Source of the DNA: an uncultured Spirochaetota bacterium
GTDB lineage: Bacteria > Spirochaetota > UBA4802 > UBA5550
Assembly: GCA_963827275.1 (NCBI GenBank)
Contig: CAWHAA010000004.1
Span: 96,001 to 160,000 of the forward strand
Length of the DNA stretch: 64,000 nucleotides
Reading direction: 5' to 3'
Shown: in pieces, positions 19,218 to 28,313 of the stretch
How the letters are laid out: every line of letters begins with the position of its first letter
Numbering within the stretch: the first letter of the stretch is position 1
Made by a program: the position numbers and the translations under genes
Notes under the pieces: generated by a model
The model's input: only the letters and a program-made list of their open reading frames with translations
The model's database searches: none
What the model was told of the DNA's origin: nothing

Positions 19218-20105
19218 ATGTCCTCAATCAAGAGAAGGATCTTTCTGTGTCTGGTGGGCCTTTTGGCCGGACTTGCCGCATGGCCCGCAGCCGAGATAAC
19301 ACTGCTGTTCCAGGCCAATTTTCCGTCATATCTCGTATTTTCGATTTTTCTCGGAGCGGTCTTCGGGGTTTTTCTCGGTGCCTTCTTCGGGAGCAGCGAC
19401 GGCATCATCATGTCGCATCGTCGAAGCATGGCAACAGGCGCGGCAAAGGGCATAGTCATCGGGGCACTGGGCGGCGCAATAGGTTTTTTTGTCGGGCAGG
19501 CGGCCTTATTTATAACCGGGGAATATCTCATCCACTCTATGAAGAGGTTCGTCACTGTGGGGATGCCCGTATCGCGCGCCATAGGTTGGGCCATCCTGGG
19601 TCTGTTCGCTGGCATGGTCGACGGCGTGCGCTCCCGCTCGTGGAAAAAAATCAGGGTCGGGATGATCGGCGGTGTATCGGGCGGATTTCTGGGCGGGCTC
19701 GCGCTTGAATATTTCAGGATCGCCTTCCCCGGGACTGTATTCGCCAGGCTCCTGGGCCTGCTTATCTTCGGTCTTTTCATAGGGTTCTTTTACGGCTTCG
19801 TCGAAGTGCGACTCTCCTATGGGGTGTTGACGCTTTTAAACGGGCGGTATAAAGGCAGGGAATTTTTAATAAACCAGAAGAAGCTGAAGATAGGAGCACT
19901 GGAAAAGAACGATATCAAGCTGGAAGGATATCACAACATATCGGACAGCCACGCGCTTCTAAGCGTAAAGAAAGACGACGTATTTATATCGCGGGTTGAT
20001 GACGGCGGTATCCTCGTGAACGACAATTCCGTGGACGAACAGATGTTGAAGTACGAGGATGTGATTAAAATCGGTTCAGCGAAACTGCTGTACCAGTACA
20101 AATAG
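19218..20105 (+). CDS. Gly-rich multi-TM membrane protein with C-terminal FHA-like domain
   Basis: About six Gly-rich TM helices, then IG...NDI.L....ISDSHA...VND...L..EDVIKIG FHA pattern. Confidence 0.82.
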   Translation: MSSIKRRIFLCLVGLLAGLAAWPAAEITLLFQANFPSYLVFSIFLGAVFGVFLGAFFGSSDGIIMSHRRSMATGAAKGIVIGALGGAIGFFVGQAALFITGEYLIHSMKRFVTVGMPVSRAIGWAILGLFAGMVDGVRSRSWKKIRVGMIGGVSGGFLGGLALEYFRIAFPGTVFARLLGLLIFGLFIGFFYGFVEVRLSYGVLTLLNGRYKGREFLINQKKLKIGALEKNDIKLEGYHNISDSHALLSVKKDDVFISRVDDGGILVNDNSVDEQMLKYEDVIKIGSAKLLYQYK

Positions 20106-20114
20106 GAGCGGCCC

Positions 20115-21548
20115 ATGAAAACAGGAAATATAAAAATCGCATCTGCGGCGCTTGCGGCGCTGCTGACATTCTGGGCAAACGCACACGCGGAGTCCGTCCG
20201 CATTTCTCAAATCGACCCGTCCATGCTGCTCTTTAAACAGGACGTAAAGGTATACGTGAGCGTCACTGACAATGCGGGCGCACCGTTAAAAAATATCGGG
20301 AAGGATAAATTCACCGTTTTCGAATCCGCTGACGGAAACAGCTTCACGCGGATTCCCGCGATTAAAGGCTTTCAGACGATGGCAAACTATGAGGACGGCA
20401 TTAATTTTTTGCTGCTCATCGATAATTCGGGGAGCATGTACCTCAACATGAAACAGAGGCTGACCCGAAACCAGGCGGACATGAAGTTCAGCCATGCCAA
20501 GGCGGCCATTTCAACATTTCTGAAAAGTATGACCAATCCCAGGGACAGGGTGGGGCTCGCGTCATACAATTCATACTATGAATCATTTTCCGATCCGGTA
20601 TCCGACAAGGAGAAAATAGAGGGACTCCTGGGGCAGATCAAAATGCCGGTCGGGGATGAGGGACACACGGAGATATACGCAAGCCTCAGCCGCGCAGTGG
20701 ATGAATTCAAATCGGTCAAGGGGCGCAAGGCCATACTCATACTCTCCGACGGCGAAAACAGGCCTTTTTATCGGTATGCCGGAAAGCCGCACAGGGACTT
20801 CGGGACAAAGATTTATTCATACACCGAACCGGTGCGTGATTGCCAGGAGGAGGGAATAAGCGTGTTCGCCATCAATTTCGGCAGGGGCGGCGAGCGGAAG
20901 GATGTTCATTTGAAAGATATCGCCCTTCAGACCGGGGGAGCAATGTTTGACGCCGGTGACGAAGGGGAGCTTGTCCAGGTATACTCGAAGATCGTGGGCC
21001 AGATACTGAATGAGTACCTTATTACCTATTCCGCTACGATGGACCCGGCCGACAAAAAATACGTAAAAATCAGATACGCCTCGGGCAACGGGCCGCTCCA
21101 GGCAGTCCGTTTCTATTTCTCAAGCACCGTATTCGGGCTTCCGCTTCAAGGGTTCAGCCTCTGGCTCCTGTTGCCGTTCCTTCTGGCATTACTGCTTCTA
21201 TGGCTTTTGTCCAGGATCAAATTTGAAAAGAAGAAGGGTGACGCGAATATAGAGGTGATAAATCCGGGCACGGCGAAGGCGGTGACAAGGTCCTTCACCC
21301 TGAATAAGGGGCAGACCATCATCGGCGCCTCAAAGGGCGCGGACATGACCATTATGAGCGGCATTACGCAGATTAAAGAAAAGCACGCGACCATTACGTT
21401 CGACAGGAAAACTAAAAAATACACGATCGCAGGAGACGGCGATTTCAAGGTCAATAACAGGCGGGTGAAAACCAGGGTGCTTGAATCCGGCGATGTTATC
21501 AATGTCGGCGGCGCCACTATCGTCTTTGATGACGGCGAGGTGGACTGA
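20115..21548 (+). CDS. Signal peptide-vWA-TM-FHA-like protein
   Basis: MIDAS motif DNSGSM, ILSDG, TGG; a TM helix; C-terminal FHA-like domain (LESGDVINVG). Confidence 0.85.
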   Translation: MKTGNIKIASAALAALLTFWANAHAESVRISQIDPSMLLFKQDVKVYVSVTDNAGAPLKNIGKDKFTVFESADGNSFTRIPAIKGFQTMANYEDGINFLLLIDNSGSMYLNMKQRLTRNQADMKFSHAKAAISTFLKSMTNPRDRVGLASYNSYYESFSDPVSDKEKIEGLLGQIKMPVGDEGHTEIYASLSRAVDEFKSVKGRKAILILSDGENRPFYRYAGKPHRDFGTKIYSYTEPVRDCQEEGISVFAINFGRGGERKDVHLKDIALQTGGAMFDAGDEGELVQVYSKIVGQILNEYLITYSATMDPADKKYVKIRYASGNGPLQAVRFYFSSTVFGLPLQGFSLWLLLPFLLALLLLWLLSRIKFEKKKGDANIEVINPGTAKAVTRSFTLNKGQTIIGASKGADMTIMSGITQIKEKHATITFDRKTKKYTIAGDGDFKVNNRRVKTRVLESGDVINVGGATIVFDDGEVD

Positions 21549-21605
21549 CAGGGAGGACAGGTGATGGCGGGGACAGGGTCTCCGCTGCCACCTGTCGCAG
21601 CTGTC
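21547..21605. terminator. Long imperfect hairpin between convergent genes
   Basis: Arms gacaggtg...cacctgtc and gcgggga...tctccgc; no U-tract. Confidence 0.45.
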
Positions 21606-21609
21606 GGTG

Positions 21610-21798
21610 CTATTTCTTCTTTTTAATAAGATCGCCCTCGATCACTTTCTTCTGTTTTTCAGTCAGCTCCGGCAGCTTTATGTTCACCGTATCAAGCGTG
21701 CGTTCTATTTTCTTATATTTCGCCGAATCTTTTAATCTGCGCAGTCTCTTATTCGCCCTGCGCCTGTCCCATCGGTTAATCTTTCTTTTATCTTCCAT
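21610..21798 (-). CDS. Small basic hypothetical protein
   Basis: 62 aa, K/R-rich; GGAGG upstream (cctcc near 21808-21812). Confidence 0.6.
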   Translation of the reverse strand: MEDKRKINRWDRRRANKRLRRLKDSAKYKKIERTLDTVNIKLPELTEKQKKVIEGDLIKKKK

Positions 21799-22094
21799 AA
21801 AATGACGCCTCCATATATTCAGGTATTTTCAACCTCTTAAGCAAAGGCACGGGGAACAGAACAGGCCTTGTCGGGACCAGCATTGGGCAATGTAATGCAT
21901 CTTTCAACAAAAAAAGCGCCGGACAAAGGGTATAAAATTTTATCATTTCAAGCGTAATCGAAAAAACCAAAGTGGAAGTGATGCTCTTAAATTCAACGCA
22001 CTGCGGTTTTTAGCCCGTTGCCGCAGATAAAACCCCTCAGGGTGATTTTTATAAGTTTTGATGTAGATTCATCTCCTTGTGACCAGGGTCGGTC

Positions 22095-22123
22095 TTGACA
22101 AATTCTTTTGCCTGTGCTATCAT
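22095..22123 (+). promoter_or_regulatory. Sigma70-type promoter
   Basis: TTGACA, 17-bp spacer, TATCAT with extended -10 TG. Confidence 0.7.
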
Positions 22124-22172
22124 TGGAAAAAATTTGCGTACTGACTCTATTAACATTTTATTGGATGTTTAT

Positions 22173-22574
22173 ATGAAAGTCAATGAAGTACCTCAAGACG
22201 GCAAGCGGATGCTCAAAACGACACTGGTGCATTACGCTGAAAATGACGAGGGTAAATTCGAAAAAGTTCAATCAGATGGATGGGACCCGGGATACTATGC
22301 AGGGCTCAACCTCCAGGAGGAGTTCAGGGAACTGGCAGAAGAGGCAAAAATAAGGATCAAGAACAATGAGACCTCTCCCCTGGAATATTTTATGTATAAT
22401 GCCGCCCTGGACCCTATCGGCCTGGCCCAGTTTACCGGGATGCCATGGCGAAAAGTGAAAAAACATTTAACACCCCGGGGATTTGAAAAGCTGGATGATC
22501 AGATCCTTGCCCGGTACGCCCATGTTCTTCACACCGATGTTGAAACTATAAAAAAATTCAAGAGTACACTATAA
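22173..22574 (+). CDS. Conserved hypothetical protein that accompanies BtrH-like genes in flexirubin-type clusters (copy 1)
   Basis: MKVNEVPQD...GWDP...SPLEYFM...VKKHL.P..F..L....L.RYA pattern; coupled to a BtrH-like gene. Confidence 0.72.
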   Translation: MKVNEVPQDGKRMLKTTLVHYAENDEGKFEKVQSDGWDPGYYAGLNLQEEFRELAEEAKIRIKNNETSPLEYFMYNAALDPIGLAQFTGMPWRKVKKHLTPRGFEKLDDQILARYAHVLHTDVETIKKFKSTL

Positions 22575-23590
22575 TGAAAAAAGCAATAGCGCAAAAACCA
22601 TACAAACACTACCAGGGGGGACACTGCGAATCGGGCTCTGTTTCTTCAATCGTAACCAATTACGGCTTTAATCTATCTGAGCCCATGGCCTTCGGTATTT
22701 CGAGCAATATCGGCTTCGTGTATCTGCCCTTTGTAAAAATTTGGGGCCGGCCCCTGATCGCGTGGCGAATGCTTCCGCAGAGCATAGTCAAGGGAGTGCA
22801 GAAGCGCCTGGGAATTAAATTCTGCATCAAAACATACGATAATGAGCAGGAAGCCATGGATGAGCTGGACCGGCTGCTGGATGAAGGTAAGCCGGTGGGG
22901 ATCCAGGGTTCCGTGGCCTATCTTAAATATTTTCTGGGGGAGTTCCGTATTCCCAACAACAGCCACATGACCATTGTCACCGGCAGGGAAGGAGATGAAT
23001 ACCTGATCAACGATCCCCTGTGGGACCATGCAACAAGGGTCCATCGTGACGATCTTCAGATGGCCCGTTTTTCCAAGGGGCCCCAGGCGCCGAAGGGATT
23101 CATGTTCTATCCCATTGAGCTTCCGGAAACGGTCGATTATAAAAAAGCAATTAAAAAGGCGGTGAAGCACGTACCCTTCATGATGCTCCAGCCGATGTTC
23201 CCTTACTATGGCGTGCTGGGCATTAAAACCTTTGCCAGGATGGTAAAGCGGCTCCAGAAAAATTCGGACATAAAGGCTGTGAGAGGGCTTTTTTATCACA
23301 TTGTCCTTTTTCAAGAGGAGGTCGGCACCGGCGGCGGAGGGTTCCGGTACATGTATGCCGCTTTCCTCAGGGAAGCCTATGATATCCTGAAGATACCGGA
23401 GCTGCTGGAAGCCTCGAAAAAATTCGTAGCCATCGGCGACAAGTGGAGGCTTGCCGCTTCATCATGCGGGAAATTCATCCAGGGAAAGACCGATGAAGTT
23501 GATCTCAATAAAACGGCGGATATATACTTCGAATGCGCGAAGCAAGAGAAAGAGGCTTACCTGATGCTTAAAAAAATCAGGTGGAGATAG
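22574..23590 (+). CDS. BtrH N-terminal/DUF4872 papain-like protein (copy 1)
   Basis: HCESG (Cys), LSEPMAFG, NSHM (His), QEEVGTGGGGFRYMYAAFL. Confidence 0.85.
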   Translation: MKKAIAQKPYKHYQGGHCESGSVSSIVTNYGFNLSEPMAFGISSNIGFVYLPFVKIWGRPLIAWRMLPQSIVKGVQKRLGIKFCIKTYDNEQEAMDELDRLLDEGKPVGIQGSVAYLKYFLGEFRIPNNSHMTIVTGREGDEYLINDPLWDHATRVHRDDLQMARFSKGPQAPKGFMFYPIELPETVDYKKAIKKAVKHVPFMMLQPMFPYYGVLGIKTFARMVKRLQKNSDIKAVRGLFYHIVLFQEEVGTGGGGFRYMYAAFLREAYDILKIPELLEASKKFVAIGDKWRLAASSCGKFIQGKTDEVDLNKTADIYFECAKQEKEAYLMLKKIRWR

Positions 23591-23752
23591 CCGCTCCGTT
23601 TGTCAAAATCCGGTTGCTTCCGGCCATCATGCGCAGTCGCGCCGGGCAGTTGGACTGAAAGAACAGGTCCATGTTGTTCTCGGTCATCTGATCTATTGTT
23701 TCTCAACATAGAAACTGACAATTCTTTTATATTCATTGGCTTGGGGTGGGTT

Positions 23753-24160
23753 ATGAGAGTATATGAAACCACGTCCGGCGGTGGCCGCAGGGCAGCGAAT
23801 TCGAAAAGATTGAAGTTTTGCACGGAGAAGGACGGGAAGCTGGTTGAAGTGTACGAGGATATTTCCGAATATTCGGAGATCGTTGCGGAGAATGTTGTGG
23901 ACTGGTACCGGGAACTCGCGGAAAGGGCAAAAGAGCGGGTGCGCGACAACCATGCCTCCGCGCTGGAATACTTCATGTACCGCGCCGAGATGGAGCCGGA
24001 GACCCTCGCCGCAGTGACGGGATTTTCGCGCCGTCAGGTCAGGAAGCATTTCAGGCCCGATGCGGTTGAAGCAATGGACCGGGAAACGCTGCAGAGATAT
24101 GCCGATGCCCTGCAGGTTGATGGAGAGCAAATCCTTAATTTCAAAGGCAGGCTTGCATGA
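23753..24160 (+). CDS. Conserved hypothetical BtrH partner (copy 2)
   Basis: Paralog of 22173-22574 (RELAE.AK.R...N..S.LEYFMY, RYA). Confidence 0.7.
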   Translation: MRVYETTSGGGRRAANSKRLKFCTEKDGKLVEVYEDISEYSEIVAENVVDWYRELAERAKERVRDNHASALEYFMYRAEMEPETLAAVTGFSRRQVRKHFRPDAVEAMDRETLQRYADALQVDGEQILNFKGRLA

Positions 24161-25170
24161 GCCAGGAGAACAGTAATAAGTTTATTCATCAGGATGCCGC
24201 GCATTGCGAGTCCGGATCGATACGCTCGCTGCTGGTGAATTACGGCCTGACTATTTCTGAGCCCATGGTGTTCGGCATCGCCAGCGCAATGACTTTTTTT
24301 TATTTTCCACCGGTAAAAGTATGGGGACACCCTCTCATTTCATACCGCATGCCGCCGCGATCAATGCTGAAAAAAATCGAGAAACGAATCGGCGTGCGTT
24401 TCATGAGCAGGGATTATGATGATGAACGCGAGGCGATGGCCGATCTGGACAGGCTCCTGGCGGAAAACCATGCGGTGGGCCTTCAGGCAAGCGTGAGCTA
24501 TCTGACGTACATTATACCCGAATTCAGGATTTATTTCAACAGTCACATGCTATTAATCTATGGCAAGGACGGGGACGAGTACCTCGTCAGCGATTCGGTC
24601 GTCGACCGGCCCATGAGGATTAAGGCCGAGGACCTCAGGAAGGCCCGGTTCGCGCGGGGCCAGAACGCCCCGCGGGGTTTCATGTTCTATCCCGCCCATA
24701 TCCCGGATGCCATTGATTACCGGTCGGCGATCCGGAAGGCGGTGAAATCAAGTGTGGGCATGATGCTGCAGCCCCTCCTCCCGATTGTCGGCATCAGGGG
24801 CATCGCCACTCTGGCGCAAAAAATTGAGCGCCTTAACCGGCACCGGGACAGGAAATACGCCCGGAGCTTCATGGGCAACATGCTCATGTTCCAGGAGGAG
24901 ATGGGCACGGGCGGCAGCGGATTCCGTTTTCTCTACGCGGCATTTCTGCAGGAGGCTGCCGTCCTGCTCGGCATCCCCGAACTCGAGGCAGCCAAGCAGA
25001 AGATGGTTGAAACGGCCGAACTGATGCGAAGGATCGCGGGAATGTGCGCTGAAATATTAAAGGCGAAGCAGATGGACTTTGACCTGGGTCCTGTCGCGGC
25101 GCTCGTAAGAGATTGGGCCAGAACGGAGGAGGAGGCGTATCGGGTGTTGAAAGGGGTCAGGTGGCAGTGA
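24157..25170 (+). CDS. BtrH N-terminal/DUF4872 papain-like protein (copy 2)
   Basis: HCESG, NSHM, QEEMGTGGSGFRFLYAAFL. Confidence 0.85.
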   Translation: MSQENSNKFIHQDAAHCESGSIRSLLVNYGLTISEPMVFGIASAMTFFYFPPVKVWGHPLISYRMPPRSMLKKIEKRIGVRFMSRDYDDEREAMADLDRLLAENHAVGLQASVSYLTYIIPEFRIYFNSHMLLIYGKDGDEYLVSDSVVDRPMRIKAEDLRKARFARGQNAPRGFMFYPAHIPDAIDYRSAIRKAVKSSVGMMLQPLLPIVGIRGIATLAQKIERLNRHRDRKYARSFMGNMLMFQEEMGTGGSGFRFLYAAFLQEAAVLLGIPELEAAKQKMVETAELMRRIAGMCAEILKAKQMDFDLGPVAALVRDWARTEEEAYRVLKGVRWQ

Positions 25171-25172
25171 TT

Positions 25173-25994
25173 TCAATAGGACGCGGCGGCCAGCTTCCCC
25201 ATCATCCGCTGGAAGAGCGTGCCGATAAGAGGCAGTTTCATGCAGAAGAAGATCGCCTTGTTGCCCAGCCCGGGGACCACCACTGCACGGTCCCGGCGAA
25301 GCGCCGCCAGGGATTTCCGGGCCACGGTTTCAGCCGGCATCCAGAAAGGGGACGGGATGGCGCCGTAGTTGATTTTTCTGAATTCATCGGTGAAAAGAAA
25401 ACCGCTGCGGGTAAGACCGGGGCAGAGGGCCTGTACCCGTACGCCGGTGCCGGCCAGTTCCGAGCGGAGACCGCGGGTCAGCATGGTGATGAAGGATTTC
25501 GTCGCGGTGTAGGTGACATAATGGGGCGCTGTGAAATAAGCGCCCATTGAGGAGACGTTGATTATCCAGCCATGCCCGTTGCGCACCATGCCCGGCAATA
25601 CCGCACGGCAGAGCCGGGCCGTGGCGAGAACGTGAAGGATTATCATGGACTCCATCCTGCCGGGATCCGTTTCCGTAAACATGCCGCGCGTTCCGAAGCC
25701 GGCGGCGTTTACCAGCACTTCAATGGAAGAATCCCCCCTGATGCGTTGTTCAGCCGCTGCTATCCCGGCGGCAGTGGACAGGTCGGCGGTCAAAACGTCG
25801 GCAGATACGCGGTACATCCCGGCAATACCGCGCGCCAGTTTCTCCATCGCATCGGTACGGCGCGCTACCAGGATACAGCTGAAACCTTTCCGGGCCAGCT
25901 GTTCCGCGAAGGCGGCGCCAATGCCGCTCGAAGCGCCGGTAATAAAGGCGGTCCTCACCTCGCTGTGTGGAAAACCGGCACCCATGCCGGTCAC
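25173..25994 (-). CDS. SDR-family oxidoreductase
   Basis: TGASSGIG, NAAG, YTATK and LCPG motifs. Confidence 0.88.
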   Translation of the reverse strand: MTGMGAGFPHSEVRTAFITGASSGIGAAFAEQLARKGFSCILVARRTDAMEKLARGIAGMYRVSADVLTADLSTAAGIAAAEQRIRGDSSIEVLVNAAGFGTRGMFTETDPGRMESMIILHVLATARLCRAVLPGMVRNGHGWIINVSSMGAYFTAPHYVTYTATKSFITMLTRGLRSELAGTGVRVQALCPGLTRSGFLFTDEFRKINYGAIPSPFWMPAETVARKSLAALRRDRAVVVPGLGNKAIFFCMKLPLIGTLFQRMMGKLAAASY

Positions 25995-26866
25995 ATCCCG
26001 CAGCAGACAACGATGACATACTGGCCCTGAGTGTTCCTGTTGACATGGACCATTGTCCTGCCGTTGCCCTCCGCAATGAAAGAGCTGATTGCGAACGATG
26101 CGGCGGTGTCATAAAACCCGTGCTCGTTGATGTAGTCCATCTCGGCGGCGGCGGGGAATTCCTTCTTCCACTTCCGCTTGTCTGCCGGGGTCATGAGTAT
26201 GCCGAAGGCGATGACGGACCGGTTGCACGACGCCTCCCTGGCCCAGCGGACCGCTTCTTCCTCCACCGCGAACGTTTTGATGTCCGTGATCTTTCCCATG
26301 GCCCCGGCCTGTTCCGCCGTGAGATAGAGCCAGCTGCTCCCGTCCACCAGCTTTGCGCCGTGGTACGAGGCGTCATATTTCTTCGAAAAATATTCCCTCG
26401 AAAATACCGCCTCGTCCACGCCGCCCACCAGGGCCTCGCTGACATGCCCCAGCCCGAAGTCCACCATCGCGAGCTCCAGGCCGCGCTCGAACGAGACATT
26501 CTTGCTCGAGACGGTGATGCTCCTGCCGAGGGTTTTCAGGCTCTGGGCCACGTAGAAGGAGGCGGTGTTGCTCATGGTGTTGATGAAGTTGAAGGGCTTG
26601 GGAAAGGAGTTTTCACGGTAGAGCTGGTGCAGGACGGTTTCCGTGTCCCCCAGGTTGCCGTTCTCGGTTGAAAGATAGACGGCGGTGTGTGCGTCGATCT
26701 TCTTCCCGTGGACGCACCGGTGCACGCCCGTCAGGGAGAGGAGGATGAACCTGTTCACCCTGCGGAAGAAAAAGTCGGTGTAGCGCTTGAGGTCGGCCTT
26801 CAGGGCGTCCAGGTCCTCGGCCGGGTCGCAGACATAGGGTGCTACGGCATGGACATACATGGTCAT
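25991..26866 (-). CDS. Chain-length-factor-like ketosynthase subunit
   Basis: PFNFINTMSNTASF and ALVGGVDE; no catalytic Cys; coupled to a KS gene. Confidence 0.75.
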   Translation of the reverse strand: MTMYVHAVAPYVCDPAEDLDALKADLKRYTDFFFRRVNRFILLSLTGVHRCVHGKKIDAHTAVYLSTENGNLGDTETVLHQLYRENSFPKPFNFINTMSNTASFYVAQSLKTLGRSITVSSKNVSFERGLELAMVDFGLGHVSEALVGGVDEAVFSREYFSKKYDASYHGAKLVDGSSWLYLTAEQAGAMGKITDIKTFAVEEEAVRWAREASCNRSVIAFGILMTPADKRKWKKEFPAAAEMDYINEHGFYDTAASFAISSFIAEGNGRTMVHVNRNTQGQYVIVVCCGM

Positions 26867-28026
26867 TGTTCCTTGTTGGTTACTATGAACGACGTGCAGT
26901 TGCCGCCGAAACCGAAAAAATTCAGCATGAAGGTGCCGCGTGCCACCGGGAGCGGCTCGGTAATCGGCCGCGCGTTTATCTCTTCATCGACCTGCTCGAA
27001 CCCGGGCGTGGCCGGGAAAAAGCCGCGCGTGACGGATTCGGTGATAATGACCAGCTCTATCACGCCGCTGGCCCCCACGGTGTGGCCGATGTAGGGCTTG
27101 ATCCCGGTAAAGGGCGGGAGGTGCCCGCCGAAGGCCATTTTCATGCCGTTGTATTCGGTCACGTCGTTCGCCGGGCTGCCGGTCGCGTGCGCCTTCACCG
27201 CGTCGATGTCGTGCACGGTGAGCCCGCAGTGTTCCAGCGCCTCCCGTATCGTGTGGGCGATATCATCCCCCGCCAGGGTGTGGGTCGTCACGTTGAAGGT
27301 GTCGCAGGCGTTGGAGCCCCCGAGGAAGCGGAACTCCCGCCCGGCCGCGCGGTTCCTGTCCAGCACCACGGCGCCGCACCCTTCCCCCATGATGATGCCG
27401 ATCCTGTTCTTGTCGAAGGGGCGGTAGGTGAAGGGCTCGATGAGCTTCATCGATTCAAAGCCGTAAAAGCCGACTTCGTTGTAGAGGTCGTACCCGATAA
27501 CTATCGCCCGCTCGATGCGCCCCGCCCTGATCATGGAGGCGGCATAGAGAAGGCAGTTCGCGCTCGAGGTGCAGGCGGTGGTGAAGGTGTAGCACGGCCC
27601 CGCGACGCCGAAGCGCTCCGCGACCGCGTTTACGATCTTTCCGTAGCCGGGGGATTCGTTCGACAGGTTCTTCGCGCCGTTGGTGCCCTGTTTCCGGTAG
27701 GCCTCTTCGAAGACGGGAATATCGATGGACGTCGATCCGAAAAACAGGGCGCTGGCCCTGGTTTCGTCTTCGGTCAGGCCCGCGTCGCGAACCGCCCGGG
27801 CGACCGTGTCAAACAGGACCTCGTAAAAATAGCCTTCAAGGTCCGCGCTGCGCTTCCCGTCTCCGCCGGGAATCCGGTAATAGGGGCGCGTGTAGTCGAG
27901 CGCGGCGATGCGGATGGGGAGGGCGACGGTCGTGCATTCGCCGCGCCTGACGCGCGCGATGATGTCGTCGATCTCATCGCCGAGGGAGCAGGTGACCGCC
28001 CTGCCGCGGATGAACACGTCGTGCAT
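26863..28026 (-). CDS. Beta-ketoacyl-ACP synthase (FabF-like)
   Basis: TACTSS, HATGS, GHTVGASG and FGFGG motifs. Confidence 0.9.
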   Translation of the reverse strand: MHDVFIRGRAVTCSLGDEIDDIIARVRRGECTTVALPIRIAALDYTRPYYRIPGGDGKRSADLEGYFYEVLFDTVARAVRDAGLTEDETRASALFFGSTSIDIPVFEEAYRKQGTNGAKNLSNESPGYGKIVNAVAERFGVAGPCYTFTTACTSSANCLLYAASMIRAGRIERAIVIGYDLYNEVGFYGFESMKLIEPFTYRPFDKNRIGIIMGEGCGAVVLDRNRAAGREFRFLGGSNACDTFNVTTHTLAGDDIAHTIREALEHCGLTVHDIDAVKAHATGSPANDVTEYNGMKMAFGGHLPPFTGIKPYIGHTVGASGVIELVIITESVTRGFFPATPGFEQVDEEINARPITEPLPVARGTFMLNFFGFGGNCTSFIVTNKEQ

Positions 28027-28032
28027 GGCGCC

Positions 28033-28299
28033 TCACTCCGGCCGGATATGGTCCGCGAAGGTGTTGATCGATTTCATCACCCTCCGGAGCACCTTGCTGT
28101 CGGTGATGACCACGCCGTACTTGTTCTGGACCGCTATCGATATCTGCAGCGCGTCGACCGAATCCAGGCCGATCGGGGAATCTGACCCGAACAGCGGATC
28201 GTCATCGTTGATGTCGTCAGCGGTGATTTCGAGGTCGCACTCGTCGATGATCAGCTCTTTCAGCTCCCGTTTGAATTTTTCGTCTGATGATCCTTTCAT
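28033..28299 (-). CDS. Acyl carrier protein
   Basis: IGLDSVDALQI; AAGGA upstream of ATG 28299. Confidence 0.9.
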   Translation of the reverse strand: MKGSSDEKFKRELKELIIDECDLEITADDINDDDPLFGSDSPIGLDSVDALQISIAVQNKYGVVITDSKVLRRVMKSINTFADHIRPE

Positions 28300-28313
28300 G
28301 GTCATTCCTTTGG

